NCBI RefSeq assembly: GCF_036321535.1
Contig: NC_087472.1
Location: forward strand, 103,232,001-103,296,000
Length of the DNA stretch: 64,000 nt
Direction of reading: 5' to 3'
Source: Camelus dromedarius
Taxonomy: Eukaryota
The notes below the pieces were generated by a model, which ran no database searches, was not told the origin of the DNA, and saw nothing but the letters and a program-made list of their open reading frames with translations. Position numbers and translations under genes: made by a program. Shown one piece after another: positions 37,035 to 50,567 of this stretch; position 1 is the first letter of the stretch; each line of letters begins with the position of its first letter.

Positions 37035-37345
37035 CACTGTCTTATACCATAGTCACCAGCCACGTGTAGTTCTTAAGCACTTGAAATGTATCTAGTCCAA
37101 GATTAGATATGCTCTAAGTGTAAAGTACACACTGAATTTCAAGGACTTAGCACAAAATAAAATGTGAACCAACTCAGTATTGATTACATGTTGAAATTAT
37201 ACTTTCTTGGATATATATTGGGCAAAAATATATTATTAAAATTAATTTTACCTGTTTCTTTTTACTTTTTAAAGAAATGGAGCTGCTAGAAAATTTTAAG
37301 TCACACGTGAAGCTCATATTATATTCTGTTTTTCAGTGCTGCTCT
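37035..37345. mobile_element. MER33/MER3-type hAT element (similar relics at about 1870-2100 and 18330-18540)
   Basis: AGCCACGTG...AGCACTTGAAATGT...TTGATTACATGTTGAAAT...TTTTACCTGTTTCTTTTTACTTTT. Confidence 0.6.
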
Positions 37346-38449
37346 AGATGAACTCAGCTAGTCTAGTGTGAATTCAGTAAAGGCCATACAGTATCTCCAA
37401 GAAATCCTCTCACCAAATTTGCAAATTCCAATTAGAAATCACTTATTTCGTTTCAGTCAAATAAGTTTTTGCTACCACCCTCTCCCTAACTGTCACCACC
37501 ACCAAAAGTGCAGATTTTCCCTAGGAAAAGTAACGCATTTACCTTCATATTTTTCTAGACTTTTCGACTCCTAAAGCATAATTTACTTTAGTCATATGGA
37601 ACTACTTGCAGTTTACAGAACAAATCATACTATGCCATGTCTCCAATTCCTGTGTTCTCTATACAGTCTGGTCTAAAGAATTCCTGCTTGTCCCTCAAAA
37701 CACAGCTCAAAAGTTGCCTTCTTAGGAAAGCAGCCCTGACTTCTTACTGTGATATACTCACCCTTCTGCTGTCCTCCCACTGTGCCCCTAGTTAGCTCTT
37801 TCATAGAACTGTTTCTGCTGCACTGTGATTGTGGAGGGACTGATTGGCCTTTCTTCTAGACTGTGAGCTCCTTGGGTATTTTTATTTCACTTTGTATCTC
37901 CAACACCTAGCACAGTATCTGGTGCTTAGTAAGTTTTCAGCAAATGTTTGTTGAATTGAATGGAAAAAAAAGATCAAATCGATGGATTTGCAGCTGATCC
38001 TGACTTCAAGTTTTCTTTTCTGCCCCTGGTTTTCTTTTCTTCTCATGTTTATCACCCACTTTTTACATATTACTTTATCTTTTCGAGCTGTTGGTATTTA
38101 CGTAAGCCACCTTAAATAGAACTCTGTCATTTTAATCTAGATGCTACCCGTCAGAAAATAAAACATAGTGGGCAGAGATCACAACTCAGGACTTTGGGTT
38201 ACTTCTAGGATATGCACAACAGTGGAGGGCAGCAGTGCCTAGACAGGCATCTCTCTGGCAGCCGGCAGTGCAGCTTATGAAAAGAAAACCACAGCATGAC
38301 TGCCCTCATCAAACTGCCTTTTTAACCTGAAGTCTCATGCTAGGGGGATGTCCTGTTTATAGAGATAGTTATAATCATGGAGAAATAGGGCTATACCTTC
38401 TGTTTCTAATGTTTCTTCTAACTTGTTTTTAATCATCATTGTGTTTTAG

Positions 38450-38644
38450 AATGAATAGGAACCGGATCAACAATGCCTTCTTTTTGAATGACCAGACTCT
38501 GGAATTTTTAAGAATTCCTTCCACTCTTGCACCACCTACTGACCCACCTGTGCCCATCTGGATTATTATATTTGGTGTGATATTTTGCGTTGTCATAGTT
38601 GCAACCATGCTATTGATTTTATCAGGAATCCAGCAACATAGAAG
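38450..38644 (+). CDS. CLTRN: Collectrin exon 5 (transmembrane helix)
   Basis: MNRNRINNAFFLNDQTLEFLRIPSTLAPPTDPPVPIWIIIFGVIFCVVIVATMLLILSGIQQHR(R); AG/GTGAGA boundaries; 195 nt. Confidence 0.97.
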
Positions 38645-39273
38645 GTGAGATATCTAAAGGGAGTGATTTAAAGAGCATTTTCCTTTTGCCCTATGACTTG
38701 GAAAAATGAAAGGATTTTCCCCTAGCTGAAGATAAACCCTTATCTGAACCCAAAAACAATTGGTGATTTTCAAAACATTTCTTATGCTCTTGTTTTTATA
38801 GACTTTCTGGAGTTCATTGTTCCTTATTTAACTATGACTCCTTCCATTACTGTCTTTGTTTCTATTCTACACCATGTAAATATTTCATTTCTAGAGTTGA
38901 TTTTAATATTTGTGTTATGATTTTGTAAGCTGGATATAGAGAGCTAAGCAGACTTTCTGGGTAGGCAGAGTTGATCTTTGGTAGTTATCCACCTCCAGAT
39001 GCCAGTAGTTCCACAGGCCTTTTCATGCCTCCCCACCTTGGCCTGCCTCTTCCAATGTCTGCAGCTGCCATCTTGTGCCATGTACTTTTGCGGTGTTTTA
39101 TACTTCCCACCCCTTGATAGACGGTAATCCCTCTAGTGCCTATGATTTTATATAGACCCGTGGCCTTTGAATCAACTCCCTTCATCAAAATCACCTGGAA
39201 CACTTGTTTAAAATGTAGGTTCCTTTTCCCTACCACAGACCCACTAATGTCAACTATCTGAAGGAGATGCATT

Positions 39274-39307
39274 TTTTAAAATTGAAGTATAGTTGGTGTA
39301 CAATTGG
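39274..39307 (-). mobile_element. 34-bp L1 3'-end insertion with 12-bp TSD, inside a MER5A-like element
   Basis: AGGAGATGCATT at 39262-39273 and 39308-39319 flanks TTTTAAAATTGAAGTATAGTTGGTGTACAATTGG. Confidence 0.8.
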
Positions 39308-39951
39308 AGGAGATGCATTAGAATGAATATCTAGGCTATTCTAATTCACTTAGTTTGAGAGCTTCCAATTTAACTATTTACATATAGATTCCCATTGCTG
39401 AAGTTCATTTGCCTGGATTCTGGGGCACGCGCAAACTTTGCTGTCTAAATTATTGACATTACTTCAAGAGAGAATTTCCGACCAGTGGGAGAATTACTAA
39501 GGTAGAGAAGAGGCAAGATTTCTCAGTACAGTGAAAGGAGAAAATACTTTTGTTTGCAAGTACCTCTGATCCAGAGATGAAGTGGAGAGAGTCTTCAACT
39601 CTTTAGTAGACATTTTGATGCTTCTAAACCTTCCTTTCTGATACCAAGGAAGAGGAATTCTGGTAAGTGGGAATCACAAGAACATGAATTGGTTTTCTGA
39701 AAGATTGGTGCCCACACAGAATGTGCGGGTTATGTTTGGCCAAGTATGTATTCACCTACGTGTTTCTCCTGAGCTTTTCTAGTTTCCATATGTTTCACCC
39801 TGATTGCTAGCAGAAGGTAATCATTTTAAATTTGGGGCTTTGCAATTTTTTTCACAAATAGTAAGTGAAGTGCTATGGAATAAATATGATTTATGTCTAG
39901 TTCCTGAATTAAACTCAAAAGATTAAGATCAAGTTGTACTTGCTTAATTTT

Positions 39952-40107
39952 CTTTTTTTTTATTTTTTAAGCTTTTTTGGAGGAGGGGGGTAATTAGGTT
40001 TGTTTGTTTATTTATTTAAAATTTTTTAATGGATGTACCCAGGATTGAACCCAGGACTTTGCACAAGCTAAGCATGCTTTCTACCATTGAGTTATACCCT
40101 CCCCCTT
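39952..40107 (-). mobile_element. tRNA-derived SINE, camelid Vic-1-like
   Basis: Minus strand reads GGGGGAGGGTATAACTCAATGGTAGAAAGCATGCTTAGC...GGGTTCAATCC (A and B boxes), then an AAACCTAATTACCCCCCTCC tail and A-rich end. 13-bp TSD CTTGCTT(A/G)ATTTT at 39939-39951 and 40108-40120. Confidence 0.85.
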
Positions 40108-42211
40108 CTTGCTTGATTTTGTTGATCTTGGCATGACAAATAATACTAAGAGATTTGATACAAATTGTTCATTTGTATCCATTAAGAAATAGTCTCTTGC
40201 AGTATTTGAATACCTTTATTTAATATCTTTAAGTATCCTGAAATGCTATGATTCTGTGGTTTCTAACAGTTGTAACCTTTGTGAATTCACCTCATCTCCT
40301 TGGTTGCCAGTTTCCTCACTAGTGGGATATAGTGTAGGAGTTAGAAGAATGGACTCTGGAGATAGACTGCTTAAATTCAAAGTATTTATTGCCTAGACTC
40401 TGCTCCTGTGCATAATCCATTAACTGTGGATATCAGGAAGCACAGGCAATGAGTCAAGGAAACCAAGCTCAACAGAATATGGTTTGTGGTGCTCGAGTTA
40501 AGTTGGTTAAATTTTTCTTTACTGTCTGTGCATAAATAACTTTGCTAGAGTGACAATGGGGTACATTAGAAATAATTCATTTGGTGGAATCAAAAGAGTT
40601 AATGCGGTAGCGTGCTTACGGTAGTGCCTGGCGCACAGTGAGCGCTCAATAAGTGTTAGCTGTTACTAGTATTTTATTATCCTGCCAGTTGTTGGTCTTT
40701 CAGCTAGTTTGCACTGGGATCAGCTATCTCTTTCCTTCTGAGCAGATTCTGCAGTAATATAATAATTGGGTGTGTAGCATCATAATCTGTTGCCTGGGAG
40801 AAGTGAGGCTGTTGTCACAACCTTGCCTTCACAAATTTATTTCGTGTTCAAACTAGGAAAGCAGATGGACAGATCTCCTGTGTAAACCTGGAGAGCATCA
40901 ATAATTAGGAAATACAGTCAGGACAGTTATGACAACCCTCTGAAGATAAATTGATTTGTTGTGTTTTACGTCTGATACAATCTGTGGTGGGTTTCTCTTG
41001 GGTAAAGTATTGCTCCAAAGGTGAGGAGAGGGTGCAGTTTGGAGTGGGAGAGCCCTGATAATTGTGATGAAAGCCTTTTCTAATTGTAGGAAAGATGGGA
41101 GTTACCCCTCAAAGCCTTTAGTATTGAGGAAGACAAAGATTTGCTCAAGAATTCAATCCATACGTTAGATAATAAATGGACATAATTTCTGTGACAAAAT
41201 CTTAAACCTAGAAGACGAGGAGGGAATACAGTGTCATCTAAATCACCATTCTGCTTCTACGAAGAAGAGTGCCAGTGTCATTTAAGATATATGCATATTT
41301 AAACTTACTATTGAGGACATTTCTCAAGTAAAGCTTTAACAATTCTGTGAGGTGTGTCAATACAGCATTGCATTGATTATTCAGAACCACTGGGTGGAAA
41401 GTGTGCAGTCATTGGGGCCCAAACTAGTTGAACTCAAATACTAACTATACCCTTTAGCTGAATGATTTTGGTTGAGTCATCTAATTTCCATGGGTCTGTT
41501 TCTCCACCTGTAATAAGGAGATAATGCCTCATGGAGCTTCCATGGGGATTGGGTGAGGTAAATGTGTATAAAGTACCCAGGATATAATATGCACTAAATA
41601 AACAGTAACTGTTATCATTCAAGATGAACTTAACCTATTTCTGTGATTAAGGGATACTAGAAAAGGATCTCTTTTCCATCCAGATGTTGCCACCAGACTG
41701 TAGAAAATTTTCCAGTTCAATGGCTCATTTCTTGGGATTTTATTAGTTAACGAACACCTATCTTAAAAGGCAAATGATCTTCTTAGGTCTGCTGGTTACT
41801 ATAATAGCGGTAAGCTAGTTAACCAGCTCTCTAAAAAAAATACCTGATTTGTAGCATTTGCTGACTTCTTATGAAGTCTGGAATTTCTGAATATTTAACA
41901 GTCACCTCTTGTAAGCCTGTACTAGCCAGTTTCAGGACTCTATTACAACTGCCACCTTTTCGTGAGATAATTTGAGGAGATTGCCTCTCTGTTACCGTCT
42001 ACTGAGAATAGGAGTTTGTGGAAATGAGAGATTTGTTGAAGGAAAAAAGTTGGGAAGGTTTTTTTTTTTTTAACCTTTGGGCAACAATTAGGGAGTTGAA
42101 TAGGTGGGAAGGCAACGAAGATGAGCTGCATATACTTCACAATGATGTTTGTACTAAATCTGTGTCTAGCTCTAGCCTGGAAGTAGATATTTCAGTTCTC
42201 TGGTCAGCTTT

Positions 42212-42330
42212 ATGATGCTGGTGATGATGATAATGATGGTGGTGATAATGGCAATGGTGATGGTAGATGATGATGGTGACAATGATGATTGTGATGGTGA
42301 GGGTGATGTGATAATGGTAATGATCATGAA
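42212..42330. repeat. Degenerate (GAT/GGT)n trinucleotide tract
   Basis: Read directly; it accounts for the His-rich spurious ORF. Confidence 0.85.
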
Positions 42331-43874
42331 GTTGCTGATGTGAGGTGTATTTTAGTTGAAAGAGCACTGGATCAGTACTCTCAGTTTTGGGTTCCAGTCT
42401 CAGGCCCTGGCATTTATTAGCTGAATGGCCTTGATCTGGTGACATATGGATAATGAGGATAATATTTTCTTAAATAGTTAGGATGATGGGAAGGCAAGAT
42501 TAGAGAATACACACAAGTGCTTTATGCACTGGAAGGTGCTCTATCAATGTAAAGTACTATAGCACCACCATCAAAAAGCAGTTACAAAGTGCTAATTCTA
42601 TATAACCTGGCACTTTGTGCTATAAAAGAAGAGTCACAGCACAATTTCAGACTTTCATGTATATGGTAGGATTAATTCATGAATCCCATATATAAGCAGA
42701 TTGTTATAATGTTAGGGTCCTTAACAATGATATAAATCCATCTCTCCAGAAGCCAAGGCCCAGAGAGATAAAAATATCTTATTCCTTTATTGACTATCCG
42801 TTCTGTGATAGGAGATATAGAACTATATAGAACCATCTCTTCCATACTGTGGAAGAGACGTACATAGATAACATGGATGGTCCTTGTCTACAGGGAGATT
42901 ATAATCTTATAGTTGGTAACAAAGCAAGGTCAAGGACTCAGGACCCAGAGCCCTAGCTAATCCTCACAGTTGAACAGAGTCACTAGTAAATTCACTTGGT
43001 TTATTTCTGGTTATATTTCTATTCCCATAAAGTCAATAGTAACAGAAGGGCATTTGGATTTCTATACATCTTTTCACACAAGGCACTGAGACTCAGCCAA
43101 CATTTTCATATACTGAAATTTTACATTCTTATAAAGTCTTAAATGAACAAATAGTCTTGAAAATAGAATTGTAAATAAAATCAGAACTATTAGAGCTAAT
43201 AATTGTTTTACTTTGCTGTTCTTAAATGTACACACTCAATAAGCAATCTAATATGTGTTTTGAGTGAAGCCTGGGGAGATTAAATAGAGTTCTATCTGGG
43301 TCCGCTCCTTTCACCAGTCTTGTCCCATTCTGAAAGACAAGTTGCTCCACATATTTGAATCTCAGCTCCTTCATTTGAAAAACAGGGATAATAATAAAAT
43401 CTGTATAGTGTTTGCAATAGGAATTAGATGAGATGATGTGTACACTTAGTCTGGCTTCTGCCATGTAATAGGTACTGGTTTCTGTTGGTTTTGCTATCAC
43501 AGGGCTGATAAAAAGTGATCTGCCTACAAGCAGTCATATGGTTAGAAAGTAGGGGTCCCAGTATTTAAGCCAGTTGGGCTTGATGCCAAAGCCCACCAGT
43601 CTCACTGTGCTGCAGTGCCTACTGAAGTTATCCCAGCAACACTGCTATTTTCCTCGGGAATCATCCATACTGATTATGATGACAGTCCCAATTCCCCAAT
43701 AATTAAAATCATATTTGTCCTTGGTTGCTTTTCTGGCTGTTCTTGGGCCTTGGCTTTTCAGCCCTATCTTGTTTGAAAGGAGACAGAAATACTCTTTCTG
43801 CTTTTAGCTGCTACTACTTTGTCTTTGGCAAACCCTGTTCCTCAACACCCCCTACCTATGTGGGCCACCCAATA

Positions 43875-46207
43875 CAGGCAAATCTCGTTTGATTCTACTT
43901 TACTTTATTGTGCTTCACAGATATTGCATTTTTTTTACAAATTGAAGGTTTCTTCCAACCCTGCATCAGACCAGTCTATTGGCACCATTTTTCTAACAGC
44001 ATTTGCTCACTTTGTGTCTCTGTGTCACATTTTGGTAATTCTTGCAATATTTCAAACACTTTCATTATTATTATATTTGTAATGGTGATCTGTGATCAGT
44101 GATGTTACTGTTGGTGAGCAATGTTGTTGACCTTGCTATTGGAATTATTTTGGGGCTCCACAGACCATGCCCATATAATGCTGAGTGTTGTGTATTCTGA
44201 CTGCTCCACTGTTCTCCATCTTTCTCCTTCTCCTGAGGCCTCCCTATTCCCTGAGACACAATAATATTGAAATCAGGCCAATTAATAACCCTGCAATGAC
44301 CTCCAAGTGTTCAAGTGAAAGGAAATGTCAGAAGTCTCTCACTTTAAATCAAAAGCTAGAGATGACTAAGCTTAATGAGGAAGGCGTGTTGAAAGCCAAG
44401 ATAGGCTGACAGCTAGGCCTCTTGCACCAGTTAGCCAAGTTTTGAAAGCAAGGGAAAAGTTCTTGAAGGAAATAAAAAGTGCTACTCCAGTAAACACACA
44501 AATGATAAGAAAGCGAAACAGCTTTATTGCTGATGTGGAAAAAGTTTTAGTAGTCTGGATGGAAGATCAAACCAGCCACAACATTCCCTTAAGCCGAAGC
44601 CTAATCCAGAGCAAGGCCCTAACTTTCTCCAATCCTATGAAGGCTGAGAAAGGTGAGGAAGCTGCAAAAGAAAAGTTTGAAGCTACCAGAGTTTGGTTCA
44701 TGAGGTTTGAGGAAAGAAACCATCTCCATAATTTGAAAGTGCAGCATGAAGCAGCCAGTGCTGATGTAGAAGCTGCAGGAAGTTATCCAGGAGATCTAGC
44801 TCAGATCATTCATGAAGGTGGCTACACTAAACAGCAGATTTTCAAGGTAGATGAAACAGCCTTCTATTGGAAGAAGATGCATCTAGGAATTCCATAGCTA
44901 GAGAGGAGAAGGCAGTGCCTGGCCTCAAAGCTTCAAAGGACAGGCTGACTCTCTTGTTAGGGGCCACTGTTGTAGCCAGTGCTCACTTACCATTCCGAAA
45001 ATCCTAGGGCCCTTAAAAATTATGATAAATCTACTTTGTGTGTGCTCTATAAATGGAACAACAAAGCCTGGATGACAGCACATCTGTTTACATGGCTCAC
45101 TGGATATTTTAAGGCCATTGTTGAGACCTCCTATTCAGGAGAAAAGACTCCTTTCAAAATATTACTGCTCGTTGACAATGCACCTGGTCACCTCAGCTCT
45201 GATGGGGCTGGACAACAGGATTGTTGTTGCTTTCAGGCCTGCTACCACAACATCTGTTCTGCAGCTCATGGATCAAGGAGCAACTTCAAGTCTTATTATT
45301 TAAGAAATACATTTTGTAAGACTGTAGCTGCCCTGAAAAGTGATTCCTCTGATGGATCCAGGCAAAGTAAATTGAAAACCTTCTGGAAAGGATTCAGCAT
45401 TCTAGATGCCATTAAGATCATTCACGATTCATGGGAAGAGGTCCAAATATCAACATACATAGGAGTTTCGAAGAAATTAATTCTAACCCTCAGGGATGAC
45501 TTTGAGGGGTTTAAGGTGTCAGTGGAGGAAGTAACTGGAGATGTGGTAGAAATTGCAAGAGAACTAGAAATGGAGCCTAAATATATGACTGAATTGCTGC
45601 ACTGTCATGATAAAACTTTAACAGATGATGAGTTGCTTCTTATGAATGAGCCAAAAAAGTGGTTTCTTGAGATGGAGTCTCCTGCTGGTGAAGGTGCTGT
45701 AAAGATAGTTGAAATGACAACAAGGGATTTAGAATATAACATAAACTTAGTTAATAAAGCAGCAGCAGAGTTTGAGAGGACTGACTCCAATTTTGAAAGA
45801 AGTTCTCCTGGAGGTAAAATGCTATCAAACAGCATTGCATGCTACAGAGAAATCAGTCAGAAAAGGGAGAGTCAACTGAAGCTGCAAGCTTCACTCTTGT
45901 TTTATTTTAAGGAATTGCCGCAGCCACCCCAGCCTTCAGCAGCCATCAGCATTGAGGCAAGACCCTCCACCAGCAAAAAGATTACGACTTGCTGAAGACT
46001 CAGACAATGGTTAACATTTTTTAGCTCTAAAGTATTTTGAAATTAAGATATGTACAATTTTTTAGACATCATGCTATTCCACATTTAATAGACTACAATA
46101 CAGTATAAATGTAACTTTTATATGCACTGGGAATCCAAAACATTCATCTGGCTGGCTTTATTGTGGTCATTTGGAACCAAACCTGCATTATCTCCAAGGT
46201 GTGCCTT
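43875..46207 (+). mobile_element. Tigger1 (pogo/TcMar) DNA transposon, near full length, decayed transposase
   Basis: Starts CAGGCAAATCTCG and ends AAGGTGTGCCTT, flanked by TA at both ends. ORF fragments 44185-44409, 44442-44897 and 44979-45995 carry a CENP-B-like HTH and the DDE motifs [11 protein letters not shown] and LLVDNAPGH. Confidence 0.93.
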
Positions 46208-47100
46208 TACTTTTTCTGTCCCCTCTTTTGCCCCTCTTCTCTCTGGACTTAGGAGAAATACCCACTCTAAAGGCTCCTAAGAGCTAGTTTCAGGTGTTTG
46301 AGTCATGGGTTTGTTTTTCTTTTTAATCCTCTTCCTGAATCACCTGACATTGCAGGAACAGCGGAAGTCATTAGCACTCAATTTTATTCTTCAGTAGAAA
46401 GAATTCATGTTTTTAGCAGAACATTGAGTCAGAATGATCCCAAAAGATAATTAAGTTTTATTATTCTTACAGCAATGCGCAGGCAGTGAATCAGTTTATT
46501 ACAGGACACACTACGAAATGTGACAAAGGGCTGTATTACTGTTAGATAACCTTTGAGCTTCTTATCACGTCCACCAGCCCACAAATTAGTGACACTGCAG
46601 TTTGTGAAGCCCAGCAATGCCAAGACTCTGAACAACTGGATCTAAGGTCACGAAAGAATAATATGTACCTAATTTGCCTTGAACACAGCTCAGATTGATA
46701 AATTTCCACAGCGATTTCACTCAGAATCATTTTGGTTGAGAAATCCTTCTAAAGAAGAGAACCTTGTCTTCGTCCATTTGCAGCTCCCTTTTTAGTTCTC
46801 CCCCATTCCTTTGTGATGCCCAGTGGATTATTTCTCCTTTGTGGTTGGGGAGGGGGAGGCAAGATTTCTTGCCATGATCTGCCAAGCATCCAGCTCTCAG
46901 CGATTTTTCTTCTAACACCATAAAAATATTTTTTAACTGAAGAAACTGGCAGATGAACACTGGCAACCGTTATTTCTAAGACTACCATTGCATTTCCACG
47001 TACCTCAGAATGCTCCATCTACTAAGATTTTTATAATATGAATTTCATACTTACATACACAAATTTCAGGGTAGAACTTGACTATTTAAAATCTGATAAG

Positions 47101-47437
47101 AGTGGATTGCCAAGATGGCGGAGTAGAAGGATGCATAGCTCATCCTCTCCCACAAATACACCAAAAATTACACCCACAGATGAAACAATTCACACAAAAT
47201 ACCTACTGAACTTTGGCAGAATATCTCTTACTTCAGAAATACAAGAGGCTTCCTCACAAAAACGGGTAAATAACAAGTTTCTTCTGTATGGCATAGGGAA
47301 CTGTATTCAATATCTTGTAGTAACCTATAATGAAAAAGAATATGAAAATGAATATATGTATGCACATGTATAACTGAAACATTATACTGTATACCAGAAA
47401 TTGTCACATTATAAACTGACTATATTTCAATAAAAAA
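47101..47437 (+). mobile_element. L1 mini-element: 5'UTR start fused to 3' end
   Basis: CAAGATGGCGGAGTAGAAGG (L1 5' YY1 motif) at 47111; L1 3'UTR from about 47265; AATAAA at 47429. Confidence 0.7.
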
Positions 47438-48771
47438 TTGAAAGCTATTTATTACTCACTACAAACCTGATGAGGAATGATTTTGGGAGAAATTGCATGA
47501 GCTAGGCATTTTTGATGATAATTTATAAATATACATTTGTCACTAGGGTGTTATTCCTACTGAAATATCTTCTCTCTTTTATAACCCATAAAAATGAGGG
47601 AGGGAGGATGAGTGAAATTTGGCATTTTTCTTTTTTACTGAGCCCTTTCTTTTCACTTTAGAGCAAGAACTGTGTCTCTTCCAACACACAGTAGGCACTC
47701 AAAACATAGTTACTGAATGAATGTTGGATACTATGAATGGAAGTGATGTGTTTGATGGTTATAGAATGTCAATTGCCTTTGCTTTCTGGAGGACATGGAA
47801 AGTGATGATACCCCTGTCTACAGGAGGAGGGACCAAAATATTCTAGTCCTCTGGTAGGTGATTTCACCTGGCTGGAGGACCCATCATGCCACCCCAACCA
47901 GCACTGATTGCTGGTCACTTATGCTTGGAATGGACAGTGCAGTGTCTTCACCCTGAGGAAGGGAAAACACAGCAGCCTGTTCTTACCCAGGTCTCTGGGA
48001 CTACAACCCCCAACTTCCACTGCTGGCATTGGGCCTGTAGTGACACACTTTGACATTTGACAGTGGCATGTATAATGACAAAATACTTTCAAGTGATGAC
48101 AGTGAGCTCTACAGTATTGCAACGCTGCTTTACTTTTCTTTATGAACTCCACCTATTTGAAAGTATCTAATAAACCATCAGTAAACCCTAGAAAAATCTA
48201 CTCTAACTCCTAATTCCTAAGGTATGAAAATGAGTATTTTCCTCCATTCATTTGAAAAAAATATCTAGAGATACAAGAAATATCATGTGTGTGTATTTCC
48301 TCTTTTCCTTCCTTCCTTCCCTCTTTCTCTTGTGGTGGACCCCATTCAAAATCAACCTTGGACTCCTGTCTGAGTAACTTTGCCCAAAGCATAAGTCCAT
48401 CCATCCATCCATTTGTTTGTTCCATCTCTTAACTACCATCTATTCATCCATCCATCCACCCATCCATTTATCGACCTATTGATTTATCATCCAGCCAAAC
48501 AATCATTGATCTACATTCATTGATCCAGCCATTTATCTGTCTGTCTAACTAGCTAGCCAGCCACTCATATGTGTGTCCATCCAACTCTAAGCCCATTAGT
48601 TGAGTGGCTACTCTATACTGAGTCCAGTTCCGCTGTTTTACAAAATATCTTTTAATTTGGATTTGTCTGATTAGTTCCTCCTGAGAGAGTCAGATCAAAA
48701 AGAGTTGGTGATGGAGTGAGGCAGGGACACAGAACACAGAATTTTATTAAAAAAAATCTATCTATCTACCC

Positions 48772-48774
<3 letters not shown>

Positions 48775-48811
<37 letters not shown>
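48775..48811. repeat. (TG)n microsatellite
   Basis: Read directly from the sequence. Confidence 0.9.
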
Positions 48812-48817
<6 letters not shown>

Positions 48818-50410
48818 TTTTATTCTTGGTACATCACATTTGGAGGCACTTGCCAATTTGTCTCATTGTTAGTGATGTTCACCAAATTTCTCCCTTTTCA
48901 AAATACAAATGTCTCTTTATGATATGTACATTGCTTATAAGGGTGTTACATTGAGACCCTGTGAATATCCTGTTCCCTAATCATCTCACTCAAGGGTTTA
49001 GTATCCATTGATGAACCTCCTTAGAATCAATTATTATATGGTGATTTTCTTTTTCTGTTACAGCTTCTATATTAGTTGTCATTCTTTTGTAAACAAGAGC
49101 TGTCTTTTCGCTCTCCCTTCTTCCACCATATTTTTTAAAGACTTTAAAATGGACTCTCATGTAGGACTAATAGGAAACTACCTTAATCATCAATGGAGCA
49201 TCTTCACCACCTCCTCACCCACTAGAGACTCACTAAGGTTCTAAGGGACTTTCATAATGGTGGGAGTCCATCCTGGTCACCACAGCAATGTCCACCATCC
49301 CAGCCATGTGATCCATTCAGGTCTGCCTCTTTGGGGTTTCCACAGATTTCTGGGACAAGAGAATCTTTGACAAGTCTGGGAGCCTCATGCCTAACATCAT
49401 GCCTCCATGGTGCCCCAACATCTAACTTGTGATAATCCTCAGGGAAATTCTTCTTCCCCCTGGCTGCCTAGAGGTACCCACATCTCTTTTCTCCCCCACC
49501 TCTATGATATCAAGCATAATTGGCTCAGTGTCTTGGTCTTTCACAAAAGACAGGAACACTCTTTAAATTCAAGGCTACAACTTTCCATACTTCAAGGAAA
49601 TATTAAGGGCCTGGTTATCACTTGTGTTGGGTAGCAGGGTCTACAAAGGGTCTGAGAATAAGTAACTTAAAAATGTATCCTGTTATATAGAGTGTTTTGA
49701 AATGACCTGGAATTACAGCTATGAGTTGTAATGTAATTAGTAAAATGTGTTCTGAGTTCCAAAAACCTGACTCACAGATGAATGCAGCTGTTCTGTAATG
49801 AGTAGAGCCAACAGTGCTGTCTACAATTTATAGTGGTTATGTCCTTTCTACAAAGTAATATGGATTTACTTCTTGATATCTCATTTCAATCTGATTTTTA
49901 TTCAACATTTGCAGATCATCAATTTGCAAATATTATAAGAGGAATTTATTACTTTTTAAAATTCAGTTTTTCTTAAATTGTTCTCCTAGAGTTATGTCTT
50001 TAACTTGCCAAGTTATACATTTTCTTCACATTCCGTCACGCAATTTGTGTGTGTGAATGTACATGTGTGTACATGTGTATATGTGTTTGTATACAAGCAT
50101 TTGTTCATATACATATTCATATATATTCTACTATTCCAAATAAAACCACTTGTTCTGATATGTGTGTGTGTGTGTGTGTATATATACACACACACACATA
50201 TATATATATAATCCATGCAGACTTCTAATCTTGATAGCATCTTTTTTTACCTCATCAGCTCTTTATGATCTTTGAAATTTATTTTAAAATACACATCATC
50301 AATTTTTCCATTATTCTACGGTTTCTCTTCCCCTTCTTGATCTCCATGCTTGTACAGAAGACCATGCTTTCTCTTCCTAGATGCCAATCATTCTCTTTAT
50401 GTGCATTCAG

Positions 50411-50567
50411 GAAGAATGAAGGACCGTCTGAGATGGAAGACACTGAAGATAAGTGTGAAAACACAATCACAATTGAAAATGGCATCCCCTGTGATCCCCT
50501 GGACATGAAGGGAGGACACATCAATGATGCCTTTATGACAGAGGATGAGCGGCTCACCCCTCTTTGA
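50411..50567 (+). CDS. CLTRN: Collectrin exon 6 coding part (cytoplasmic tail and stop)
   Basis: KNEGPSEMEDTEDKCENTITIENGIPCDPLDMKGGHINDAFMTEDERLTPL-TGA. The six exons sum to 669 nt (222 aa plus stop) with consistent phases. Confidence 0.97.

Noticed and set aside
39990..40105. tRNA gene
   Set aside because: The A/B boxes belong to a SINE with a tail and TSD.
42137..42445. His-rich ORF
   Set aside because: Translation of a (GAT/GGT)n repeat.
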